Below, one piece after another: positions 26,478-39,324 of a stretch of DNA of 64,000 nucleotides. The notes below the pieces were generated by a model that was not told the origin of the DNA, searched no databases, and saw nothing but the letters and a program-made list of their open reading frames with translations. How positions within the stretch are numbered: the first letter of the stretch is position 1; each line of letters starts with the position of its first letter. This stretch comes from Octopus sinensis (taxonomy: Eukaryota), in NCBI RefSeq assembly GCF_006345805.1, contig NW_021834485.1, positions 1-64,000 of the forward strand, given 5' to 3'. Position numbers and translations under genes: made by a program.

Positions 26478-26722
26478 TATCCTTCGAACGTTTAGTAGAT
26501 GAAACCTTAGCGATGAAGAAGCGATTTTTCGTTGTGCTTATTGTCTTGTATCTCTCTTTTTTTTGCTTGTCTTGTTCCTGGTTTGTGTCTATGTGTTTCG
26601 TCTCTCTATGTGTTCGACGTCCTTTTGGTGTCCTGTACACATATATGCGTGTATATGTACATGTAGAGGTAGGTACGTACATATATGTTTATATATATGC
26701 ATATGTTCTATTTTATTAACAT
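26478..26722 (+). mobile_element. Dispersed repeat (second PLE-like family), TA-flanked
   Basis: Highly similar to 54055-54300; related to 62030-62390 on the minus strand. Confidence 0.65.
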
Positions 26723-26965
26723 ATATATATATATACATACATATCCTTCATCTTTTATCTTTTACTTGTTCCAGTCATTAGACTGCGGCCATGCATCCTT
26801 GAAATAGTTCGGTCAAACTCATCAGTGTCAATACTTTTTTAAGCCTATCTCTTAATCTATCGTTCTCTTTTGCCAAACCGATAAGTTACACTGACGTAAG
26901 CTTATCAGTTCCGTTTGTCAAGCGGTGGAGGAACAAACACACACGTGAACACACACACACACATA

Positions 26966-27769
26966 CAGTAATACCTGATTTTATAAGGACCTGTTTTACG
27001 AGACCCCGAAATTACGAGTTATGTTATTCAAGCAAACGATCCAAATTTTGAACGAATTGCAAAAGTGTTTATCATAGCAAATGGTTCTGCGTGCTACCGA
27101 GAAATTTAGAGAGAGTAAAAAAAATGCTTCTAAGCAAACAACTCTAGACTTGTTATTTAAAAAGAAATCTACCGGATTGGTGGATAATTATTGCGGCTTT
27201 TTTCAACGCATTTTATTCAACAAAAATAATAACATGTAACAAAAACATCTGTAAATGATTATTCCGGAGCATACTCACCATCTACTTCAATTACTACCCC
27301 CCATTTACTTAGCAGACATCAGACCATCATTTAAAGATGTTTTTTGCTAAATATTGTTATTGTTTTTGTTGAATAAACTTTGTTGAAAAAAGGCCGCAAT
27401 AATTATGCACCAACCCAACACAAGTACGTCGAAGACTGTTTATGTAGGGGCGACCGCGTCTACAAGTGACGGTGTGCGGGAGTCTAGTGTGAGTGAAAAT
27501 GATTCAGAAAATGATTATAATGATCATACTTTCTATTACAAATGACCTTGATATTCTTCCTACATTATATAAAACATTCTTTACATTCTACTGTTGTTCT
27601 ATTGCCATTTATTTACGTGTATTATAAATTTTACAGGTAAAATACTTTTCTGGGAACGAAATACGATTTATAACATTGCTACTATGGTAAACTATTGCCC
27701 TGCTTTATAAGTTGTCGCTTTATGAGTGGTCTCCGGGAACAAATTAACTTATATATCGAGGCATTAGTG
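26966..27769. mobile_element. pogo/Tigger-type MITE, old
   Basis: ta|cagtaatacctgattttataag versus cttatatatcgaggcattagtg: imperfect TIRs, 5' TA present. Confidence 0.5.
27172..27418. mobile_element. mariner-derived (MADE-like) MITE nested in the Tigger-type MITE
   Basis: ~65-bp inverted repeats ggattggtggataattattgcggc.../...gccgcaataattatgcaccaaccc, similar to mariner TIRs of the TTAGGTTGGTGCA type. Confidence 0.7.
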
Positions 27770-28117
27770 TGTGCCACAATCAAAAGACGGTCATACCTGC
27801 TTCTAAATTCTTCCTACAACATTAAGCGACACAAAGTTCACTCACACATGCACATATAAACAGCCAAAACCACACACACACACACACACAAACACACACA
27901 ACACATGCACACACATACGTACACACACGTTCTATTACACGCTCACGCAGACTTGCGCGCACGCACATACCCACACATGCCTCCTTCTCTTCCACTCTCT
28001 TGTCTTAGAAAGAGCTTTTTTATTCACCCATTCCTTTCCGGTCATTTCAAAATGTAACTACATGTGAATCGTTGGCGATTTCCTTCCTCCGTCTTCCCTT
28101 CTATTAGACTTTCCTCT

Positions 28118-28153
28118 GTTTCTGAAGAAGAGCGTCTACTCGAAACGTTAAAC
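28118..28153 (+). ncRNA. Minimal hammerhead ribozyme motif with canonical CUGAAGA core
   Basis: GTTT-CTGAAGA-A-GAG(cgtcta)CTC-GAAACGTT-AAAC; predicted cleavage after GUU at 28147-28149. Confidence 0.7.
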
Positions 28154-28877
28154 CGTCTTTCTTTCCTTCCCTGCTAATACATTACATGTACCACGTCCTC
28201 GTTACTGATTTCATGGACTGCGTCGGTGCTGGAACACCGCTTTCAAGTGTCTAGTCGAACTAATGTACTCCACTACTCATATTTATACATGGTACTTGTT
28301 ATTTCGGTCACATTTTGCTGAACACCGAGGTTACAGAGATGTGAACAAACCAACACCGGTTCTCAAGCCGTTGTGGAGGCCAAACACAAAGACACACACA
28401 CATTCACACACAAACACACATGCACATACATATGTATATACGGATATATATGTGTGTGTGTGTATGTATGTACATATATCTATTTATCTATTTAATCTAT
28501 CTATCTATCTATATATATATATATATATATACACATATAGATATGTATACACATATGTATGCATATATATATATATATACACACACACATACATGCACAC
28601 ACACATACATACACACACACATATATATAGGCTTCTTTCAGTTTCCGTCCACCTAATCCACTCACGAATTTTTGATCTACTTGGTACTATAATAAAAGCC
28701 GTTGAGAATCAAACATTTTACGACATAGTCACGCCTGTACCTTGAACCAAGAACGCTTCTTGTCTTAGGAAGAGCTTTTTTATTCACCCATTCCTTTCCG
28801 GTCATTTCAAAATGTAACCACATGTGAATCGTTGGCGATTTCCTTCCTCCGTTTTCCCTTCTATTAGACTTTCCTCT

Positions 28878-28913
28878 GTTTCCGAAGAAGAGCGTCTACT
28901 CGAAACGTTAAAT
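28878..28913 (+). ncRNA. Minimal hammerhead motif (CCGAAGA core), duplicate of 28118
   Basis: GTTT-CCGAAGA-A-GAG(cgtcta)CTC-GAAACGTT-AAAT within a ~180-bp local duplication. Confidence 0.6.
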
Positions 28914-29712
28914 CATCTTTCTTTCCTTCCCTGCTAAGCGTTCTTGGTTCATGAGGTGGTATGACAACAGTTGCAAAAGATGTCTTTCGCTCAGCCAATT
29001 CTCAATTGCATGTGAAATGGCCGTTGTGACGGCATTCACCCTTTCTCTCAATACAACATAGCGTTTCAGAGAGAGACAGAGAGGGAGAGACAGAAAGACA
29101 GGCAGAGATAAAGAGTGGGAACGTATTTGACGTTGAGGGCGAGGTAGCCAAACAGAATCGACCCCAAGACAAAAATGGTATTTTATTTTTGAACGATCCC
29201 CGAAATGATCAAAGAGCAATTTCCCTTTGCCGCGTTTTTGGCTCAGATGGCAAAGAGCCTGAACTAATACACAACGCAAACCCTTCTGTTCAGTGCTCTA
29301 ACGCCTCGGCCATTTCGCAGCCATACTTTAAAGGTTGATAATATTTTATTCCGTTCGATCTTCGTGTGAAGAATTGATATCAATCAATAATTTCCCACGT
29401 CTACCGTACAGCCTGATCCACGTCTATTATATTCAATTTCTCCTTTTGTCTTTCAAACAATCTGTTGACCTTTACGTCTTGATGAGGTCAACGAAAACTG
29501 AGGACGTTAATCAGCTCAATTAGTCGCAACTAAGCACAATGTTCATTAGCATTATCAATATTGGTCATTAGGTTAAATAACTCTTCCTGTGCCTGTCTGT
29601 TTGTCTGTGTGCGTAGATTTGTGTATCTATGTGTGTGTGTGTATGTTTGTGCGTCTTTGTGTGAATGTGTTTTGTATGTTAATGGTTGTATGTTTGTATA
29701 TCCGTTTGCGTG

Positions 29713-29756
<44 letters not shown>

Positions 29757-29915
29757 TGTGTATGTGTATGTGTGAGTATGTGTGTGTTTGCATGCTTTTA
29801 TTTTTTTTCTATGTCTATGTTTGTATGTTTATATATTTGTCTGAGTGAGTACGCGTGCTTGTATACGTGCTTGTAAATGTGTATTTGTGTCTGTGACTGT
29901 TTGTGCCTCGTATGC

Positions 29916-29959
<44 letters not shown>

Positions 29960-30204
29960 TGTATGTGTGTGTGTGTATAGATTTCCACTATACATAAAGG
30001 CTCGTGTTGCAAAGAGAGAACATCCTGTAACCTTTATTGACAAACGCCACAATTTTCAGCCACCAGAATCATCAACAAATGAGAAAAACGCTTCGAGGTC
30101 GCCACTCGAAATAACAACCAAACAGGGAATGTAGATAAGTCTATATAATATATTTTGGGGTATGTAATACAGCCTGAGTGTATACAATTTAGTCTGGTGT
30201 ATAT

Positions 30205-30421
30205 AATCCTTTCTACAGGAAGCACAAGGCCTCAAATTTAGGGGGAGAGATTAAGTCGATTACATCGACCCCAGTTCGTAACTGGTACTTATTTAATCGA
30301 CCCCGAAAGGATGAAAGGCAAAGTCGACCTCGGCGAAATTTGAACTCAGAACGTAGCGGCAAACGAAATACTGCTAAACATTTCGCCAGGTGTGCTAATG
30401 ATTCTGCCAGCTCGCTGCCTT
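30205..30421 (-). mobile_element. SINE family A, monomer
   Basis: Head, central domain and ggccttgtgc...gtagaaaggat-type tail. Confidence 0.85.
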
Positions 30422-30592
30422 GAGTCAGGTGTATATAATGCACTTAGTGTATATAATATGTGAATAGGAATGGATTTGACCTATTAGAAATGGGAGCGAT
30501 GGACTCTTGGAGCTAATCAACGGCAGCATTCGTCCTATTTTTCTGGACTGTCATGTTAGCTTGGCGATGACTATTTATATATTATATTATAG

Positions 30593-30667
<75 letters not shown>

Positions 30668-30903
30668 TATATCTTATATATATACTATATATATGCATAT
30701 ACATACCTACATACATACATACATATATATTTAATATATTATATATATATACGATATATATATATATTTATTATTTTACTCTTATTTGCTTCAGTTATTT
30801 GAATGCAGTCATGCTGGGCCACCGCCTATATACATAAATACATACATATATAAATACATATATACATACATACATACACATATACATACACATATACATA
30901 CAT

Positions 30904-30938
<35 letters not shown>

Positions 30939-31186
30939 ATTGAAAACCAAGAAGAGAGTGGAGATTTATTCACAACTAAACCCTTTTTATGAAAAAGGTT
31001 ATTACAGCATATATAACAATGACCAACATATGACCAACATAGATATATATATATAGATAGATAGATAGATAGACAGACAGCCAGACAGACAGACAGCCAG
31101 ACAGACAGACAGAAGACAGATAGATAGATAGATTGATAGATAGATAGATAGATAGATAGAGAGATAGATAGATAGATAGATGATAT

Positions 31187-31221
<35 letters not shown>

Positions 31222-31859
31222 GTTCGAGTGATCGATAGATAGATAGAGAGACGGGCAGACAGACAGACAGACGGACGGATACTTCGACTGACAAAAAAGA
31301 TAAACAGATACAGACACAGGCAGACAGCAGACAGAAAATTGTAGAAGTTATAACTGTGGTGTTGGTGGTGGTGGTGGTGGTGGTGGTGGTGGTGGTGGCG
31401 ACGGCGGCGGCGGCGTTAGCGGTGGTTGGTGGCGAAATCGGCAGTATTATGGAGGGATGAGTTTGGGTTGGTGGTGGATGCTGTGTCAGTTCGGATGAAA
31501 TAAAAAGATGAAGAGGGATTTGAAACACCAACTCGAACTTGACCCCGTTGTTAAGCCGGCCAGAAGTAGCAACACACAGCGCGTCAGTGTGATGGCGGAA
31601 GTGATCATGTGATGTATAACGTGTGTTCATTGAACCGTGTAAGGATAGCGTGACGGGGTGGCTGCAGGGTTCGTAAAAACTGACGGCTTCTCCTGAGTTT
31701 TGATCGCCTGTCGCACGACCTTGCGTGGCCGTGTGTCACACTGTCACAACGCGCTGGCGGAAGTTCCAAAGTCACACATCATAACGCTTCAAACTCGTCT
31801 TCTTCTCGTCGTCATGGTCGTCATCGTCGTTGGAGTGATGTTTATTGTTATTGGTGTAG

Positions 31860-32242
31860 CCATTGTTGTTGTTGTTGTTGTTGACGATGATGATGATGAT
31901 GATTATGATGATGACGATGACGACGACGATGATGATGACGACGACGACGATGACGATGATGATGATGATGATGATTGGTGGTGGTGGTGGTGGTGGTGGT
32001 GGTGGTGGTGGTGGCGATGATGATGATGATGATGATTGGTGGTGGTGGTGGTGGCGGCAATGATGATGATGTCTATGATGAAGATGATGATGATGACGAC
32101 GACGATGATGATGATGGTGGTAGTGGTGGTTAAGGTCGGGACGTTTGCTAGTCTTGGTTTTTGTTTTGTTATTGCTGAAATTGTTCTTGTCAGTGTTGTT
32201 GTTGTTGTTGTTGTTGTTATTGCTGTTGTTGTTGTGTTGTTG

Positions 32243-32274
<32 letters not shown>

Positions 32275-32372
32275 GGTGGTGGTGGTGATGGCTGTCGTCG
32301 TCGTCGTGATGATGCTGTTGATGATGATGATGATGATGGTGGTGATGATGATGATGATGATGATGATTTTGG

Positions 32373-32452
<80 letters not shown>

Positions 32453-32456
32453 GTGG

Positions 32457-32488
<32 letters not shown>

Positions 32489-32495
32489 GTGATGG

Positions 32496-32527
<32 letters not shown>

Positions 32528-32564
32528 GTTGATGGTGATGATGATGATGATGATGATGGTGTGG

Positions 32565-32619
<55 letters not shown>

Positions 32620-32642
32620 GATGATGATGATGATGGTGATGG

Positions 32643-32698
<56 letters not shown>

Positions 32699-32703
32699 GT
32701 GAT

Positions 32704-32784
<81 letters not shown>

Positions 32785-32821
32785 GTGATGGTGATGATGA
32801 TGATGATGATGATGGTGATGG

Positions 32822-32856
<35 letters not shown>

Positions 32857-32917
32857 GTGATGATGATTTTGGTGATGACAATGATATTGATGATGATGAT
32901 GGTGGTGACAATGATAT

Positions 32918-32958
<41 letters not shown>

Positions 32959-32985
32959 GTGACGATGGTGATGATGATGATGATG
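31860..32985. repeat. ~1.1-kb compound (GAT)n/(GGT)n/(GTT)n trinucleotide array
   Basis: Directly visible; source of the poly-His and poly-Met pseudo-ORFs. Confidence 0.97.
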
Positions 32986-33764
32986 TAATTTTTACTGCTT
33001 TTCTTCCATTTGTGTTGTTGTTCTTAGAGCTGCTGATGGGGGATGCTGGTGCAGCGTTTATTACTGCAGACGTAGTTATTTTATTTTATTGTTGTTTTTG
33101 TAGTTGCTGTTGTTTTCTTTGTGTCATTGCTATTCTCGTGCTGCTGCTGCTGCTGTTGTAGTTTTGTGTTGTTATTGTTGTTGTTGTTATTATTTTTCTT
33201 CTTCTTCTTCTTTTTCTCTACCTCCTCCATTATCCTCTTCATCATCATCATCATCATCATCATCATTATCATCATCATCACCATCATCATTATAAACATC
33301 AAAATCATGCTCACCATCGTCATCGTCATCATCATCCGACCTTTTAACACAAGACATTCCAGCCTTGACCACTCCGTCTTTTTCCAATCTCCGAGAGACG
33401 TCAGACCACATTATCGAGTGTGTTGTTTTCTTTAGACACTATTGCGTAATTTGAGACTATATTTGTATTTATAGATGTCTGTGTGTCTTTTGCTATTTTT
33501 AGATGGATGGGTAACTATAAAGACCCTCTCGTTGAGTCGAGTTCTTCTTCATAATGTTGTTCATAATGTTGTTATTGATGATGGTGGTGGTTAAGGTGCG
33601 GCGGCTGGATAATGCGAAGCTCGTTTATGTGGGTAACAATGGCGCTGTTTTTACTGATGTCCGCTGATGGTGGTGATGCGAGTGACGGTGATGCGGGTGG
33701 CGGTGTTTGTTGTTAGTTGTTGGGCCGGTGGGTGTTGGCTATCATACCGTATACCCTTATTTAG

Positions 33765-33960
33765 CTGGCCTTTGATCAAACACATTCATGTTGTGATCAT
33801 GCTGTTTTTTTTGGTTTTTTTTTAGTTCCAGATTTTTATATCTAGGACTACATTATCCAGAGTGTCCTTCATTTCTTAAACGTGTAGATGTGATTTTAAA
33901 GGTGATTTGTTTGCCATTTCTCTAAGCAAACCAACATATAGAGAGGTTCCCAGGTGAAAT
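33765..33960 (+). repeat. Old dispersed repeat family (gactacattatcc...gtgatttgagggagatttggctgctatttctagc-like)
   Basis: Diverged relatives at ~15770-15830, ~51060-51240 (-) and ~58440-58540 (-). Confidence 0.5.
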
Positions 33961-34489
33961 CGTTTTCTTTTCTAAATCATTTATATCAAAGACGACCACA
34001 GGTGATTTGAGGAACATTTTGCTGTACATATAAAACCTCCTCCTAGGTTGTTTTTCGATGATATTGTTGTTGAACTTTATGTACCTCTTCTTGTTGCAGT
34101 TAGTGTAGTTCTTTTAGCTGTTGTCTTCTTCTTCTTCGTCTTCTTCTTCTTCTTTTTCTTCTTCTTCTTCTTCTTCTTCTTCTTCTTCTTCTTCTTCTTC
34201 TTCCAATCAGGACTCACGCCATTAGCCACAAAGAATAATCTTTAATTCGAGCCTACTCTAAGCTACAAAGAATGCGTGTGGCAACTTGAAGATCCACCCA
34301 CCACACGCGATAGACTGGCGGTTGCACGGGCGCGAAAGCTACGTTGTTATCCTCATTCCGTAAACAGTGGCTTTTTTAATGGTTGGAGAGCTGAACCATC
34401 CTAGTGTACAGAGGATTCGCAGTCTAGACTAGGGTCTGAAATTTTACCACATTATAGTGGGTTACACCATGGTTCCTCTGCTTTGTGGC

Positions 34490-34685
34490 AGAAGTAGGAA
34501 GAAAGAGTGAGAGAAAGTTGTGGTGAAAGAGTACAGCGGGGTTTACCACCCTACCCCTGCCGGAGCCTCGTTGAGCTTAGGTGTGTTTGCGCAATAAACT
34601 CTCACAATGCCCGGTCTGGGAATCGAAACGGCGTTCTTACGACCGCGAGACCGCTGCCCTAATCACTGGGCCATTGCGCCTCCAC
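34490..34685 (-). mobile_element. SINE family C
   Basis: Homologous to 22500-22768. Confidence 0.8.
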
Positions 34686-34879
34686 TTTAGCTGTTGTTGC
34701 TGTTGTTTAAACCTACGACAGCCTCATGGTATGTACATAGATTACTAAGAGAAATCTGCGGACCCATGCAATCATAACATCAATTTAAATGCAGTGCCAT
34801 CTTTAGCTGCACAAATAAATAAACGGAATTTTAACAAGTAGGTGCTTCAACTTAAGTACCTAATTCAACTGAATCTGAT

Positions 34880-35045
34880 ATATTGGCGGTCTCTTTCAAT
34901 TTCCGTCCACCAAATCCATCCACAAATCTTTGGCCGGCCCGAGGCTATAGTAAAAGACACTTGACGAAGGCGCCACACAGTGGGACTGAACCTGGAAATA
35001 TGTGTTTGGAAAGCAAGCTTTTTACTACAGTCACGCCTGCGCCTA
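34880..35045 (-). mobile_element. SINE family B, 5' half
   Basis: Head plus ggcctcgggccggccaaagattt segment. Confidence 0.75.
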
Positions 35046-35454
35046 TCCACGCAGCCACGCCTTCGTATGATGACAACATGTATTTAACGGAGAGCTGCTG
35101 AGTTTCGATGAATTTTGGTTGAGGAGCTTACTTTAACGTTTTGGGGATTAACCCTTCTTATGTTCGCACACTGTCGGGTGAGTAAGATGGATCAAACATT
35201 CATTGAAAGAAAAAGATTTTAAAAGTGCTCAGCTAAGAAAAATTTTTACTTTTTCTTACTCACGCTTTAGGGGCAGTCCTCAAAATATCTGACACCATCA
35301 TGTCATGACGAAGAGGTAACCCTCCAATCTAGAGATTATTTTGCTCCAACCTGACGAATGAATGATCTATCTTCAGTCATCAGATTCCACATCTTCACCA
35401 TGGCATGCACACATATAAAGAGGTCGGTCCCCTACCCTTCAGGATCTTCTATCT

Positions 35455-35815
35455 CTTACAACATACAAACAAATATAAAGACAGCCCTAAACATTCACAT
35501 TTAGAACTATTTGTCTCCTACAGCATACAAACTAATAAAAGGGACAGTAGAAAATTTCATATTCCAGTGTTTCCCACGACATACAAGATTATAGGGATGC
35601 AGTCCCCCAAGACATCAGATACTGCTTACCCCTACGGCATACAAACTTATAAAGCGACAGTCACCAAAACTTCAGATTCTTCTGTGTCCCACGACGTAGA
35701 AACTTATTAGGGACAGTCCTCAACTCTTCAGATTTTGTGTCTCCCATAATGTACAAACTTATCGGAGGACAGTCGCCCAAACTGTACATCTCTCACCACA
35801 TACAAACTTATCCAA
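35455..35815 (+). repeat. Degenerate ~57-bp minisatellite, about 6-7 copies
   Basis: catacaaac(tt)at...gggacagtc...cttcagat recurs near 35462, 35524, 35580, 35638, 35695 and 35750. Confidence 0.75.
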
Positions 35816-36525
35816 ACTCACAAACTCCTTTCAAAATATTAGGGCGAGAAATGCGGGAGAAATGGCTACGATTTCTAACAGGACAGCCATATTGATGAGG
35901 GTTCTAATGCTGCAGTTGGGCTCGTTGCTGTGCCACTGCAAGAAATTGTGCAGTGAGGGTGTGAAGGTGCAGATGGTGTTAGTGAGATAACAGCTGGCAT
36001 TAGGGTGACTGCTGCAGATGGTGTTGATGCTGAGCGTAAAGATGTTCTGATGTGACAATAATGTGAATGATGCTGGTGTGATTGTGCAGATGGTGTTGAT
36101 GGTAAAATGGCGCAGGTACTACTGCAAGAAATGCTAGTTATGATAGTGCAGGCGGTGTCGGTGGTGGTGGTGGTGATAGTGGTGGTAGTAGTAATGTTGT
36201 TGGAGGTGGCGGTGACAGTGCTAATACTGCTGCTTTTGTTGTTGATAGCAGTAATGTTGTTGCTGTTGTTGTTGTTGTCGTTGTTGTTGGTGGTGGTGGT
36301 GGTGGTCGTCGTCGTCGTCGTCGGGTAGTGGTGCTGTTACTGGTGTTAGTGCTGGTGCTGGTGGTGATGGCAGTGATAGTGGTGGTGGTGGTGGTGGTGG
36401 TGGTGGTGGTGGTGGTGGTGGTGGTGCCGACAGTACAGCTACTAGTGCTTTTCTTGATGATGGTAGTAATGTTGTTGGTGATAGACAAACAGACAGAGAC
36501 AGACAGAACAGACAGACAGACATAG

Positions 36526-36604
<79 letters not shown>

Positions 36605-37125
36605 CCAACAGAACGACAGGCAGGCAGGCCAGGTAGGTAGGTAGGTAGGTAGGTAGGTAGGTAGGTAGGTAGGTAGGCAGGCAGATTGTTGTGTAGGTAG
36701 GTAGAGACAGACGGATAGATAGATACATACATACATACATATGCATGCATACGTACATACACACATACATACATACACACATCCATACATACATACATAC
36801 ATACATAGGAAAATGAATGACAATGTACACACTATACAGACACACATTCATGCACGCTTCTTATACCAGCAGCGACATCTATGGGCGTCAAACGCACATA
36901 ACGCCGCACACATTTTCCATGGGTTGTCTGTGTCGTTCCTGGTGGCTAAAACACGCGCTCACGGCATGTGTGCAATATATGCACAATAAACAAAGTGCAC
37001 CGATAAACATATATATACACAGATAAACAGCTATTAACAGATACTCCTACCCATGCACACCACACACACACACAAACATAGAGACATAGAAGTGTGTATA
37101 CAATACATATTTACACATGTATATA

Positions 37126-37181
<56 letters not shown>

Positions 37182-37374
37182 AACCACACACCATATATAT
37201 ATATATATATATACAGAGATATGTATTCATTTATGTAACATATATGTGTGCGTGCGCGTGGTGTACAAACACACACACACAAACGTAAAATAATCGAAAT
37301 ATTAAAATATCCGTAAGTATGTATACATAAATACATGCATACATCCATATATGAATACACACATTCATACTTGA

Positions 37375-37407
<33 letters not shown>

Positions 37408-37463
37408 TATACATATATATATGTATATTTATATATATATATAAACACACACAACACACACAT

Positions 37464-37494
<31 letters not shown>

Positions 37495-37559
37495 GATATA
37501 TATATATATACATACATACATATATATATATACATACATAAATATATATATATATACAT

Positions 37560-37685
37560 ACGTACTTACATACATACTACATACATACATATATACATAC
37601 ATACATACATACATACATACATACAAACGTACATACATACATACATACATACATATATACATACATACATACATACATACATACA

Positions 37686-37719
<34 letters not shown>

Positions 37720-37891
37720 AATACAAACATGCATAGATGCATATACATACCTAAAAATATACATACATGTGAATCACGAAGCACGTGAAGAGAAAAACCC
37801 GTATAGAGAGAAAAATAAAGCGAAACGAATGTAAACAACAGAGGTCACGTGACAGACAGACAGACACAGACAGACAGACAGACAGACAGAC

Positions 37892-37955
<64 letters not shown>

Positions 37956-37997
37956 GATAGATAGATAGATAGAAAGATAGATAGATAGATAGATAGA

Positions 37998-38070
<73 letters not shown>
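37560..38070. repeat. (TACA)n and (GATA)n microsatellites
   Basis: Directly visible. Confidence 0.95.
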
Positions 38071-38072
<2 letters not shown>

Positions 38073-38420
38073 CCGGAAGGTGGGAAAGATAGAAAGAGAG
38101 CGGAATAGAGCGAAATCTAGAATAAAAAAATTGGTGGCGATGTTGTTTGTAGGCATTGAAATACATAGATGATGAAGATGCTGGATTTCATTTGGTGTGG
38201 GTGATGCACCGCATAGAGTAGGGGCCAGTTAGTTAGCGGAGCGTGGCGGATATATAATCTGTGTGGGATGACATCGTTCATTGTTCACGCATGGTTGAGC
38301 AGGACTGATGCCCTGAGGCAAGCTGTTATGAGGGCGAAGAGAATTGCGTCGGGTCTGACACACTGTGCATACAATTTTTGTACACACACACACACACATA
38401 CAAACACACACGCTCACACG

Positions 38421-38451
<31 letters not shown>

Positions 38452-38548
38452 GCATGTATATTTTATGTACTTATGCGCCTGTATATATAAATACATAAAT
38501 ATATGTATATGTATGTGTATATATATATATATATCTATATCTATCTAC

Positions 38549-38587
<39 letters not shown>

Positions 38588-38798
38588 ATATATATATATA
38601 TAATATTATATATATATATATACATATATACAATATATACATATATCTATATATATACATATATATGTAAGTATATATATCTATCTATATATATACATAT
38701 ATACATATTATATATATATATACATATATATTACATATATAATATATATAATATATATACCATATATATGTATACATATATATATATATGTTAATATG

Positions 38799-38839
<41 letters not shown>

Positions 38840-39324
38840 TATATATATATATATATAATATATTTGTATGTATTTGCATATATACGTGCACATATATACA
38901 CACACAGATATATATACATATGTATACATATATATATATATAGATATAACTGCGTATATAGACATATACTGACACCTAGTGGACTGTGTGTTTGCTCAAT
39001 TATGTAAACACGCATGTATGTATTTTTGTATGTATGTTAATGCAAACCTCGCAGTTTAAACACTTTGGTGTAAACAAAACACAAGTCAACTCACTAAAAG
39101 CAGAATATATTAAAATATATTTATTAAAGCTAAATCTTTAAAATGTTTTAACTTTGAATTTCACGTCTCTAATCTTCGTACGAATTTAAGGAATGAAACA
39201 AGAACCCATTAATAAATATGTTTAGAAGCATCATCTAAATTTTTCAACGGAAAGCTTCCAACACTCTAACCCAATTTTTTTTTTATTTGCATTTCATTTT
39301 CTAGTTTTGATGTTCCTTTTCTTT

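Noticed and set aside
29450-29515. ttgatga...gaaa hammerhead-like string
   Set aside because: C3 is absent, stem II would be 1 bp and there is no NUH before stem I; it is only a GTTGACC/GGTCAAC hairpin.
31772-32988. 379-aa His-rich and 223-aa Met/Val-rich ORFs
   Set aside because: Translations of the (GAT/GGT)n array; no complex sequence or splice context.
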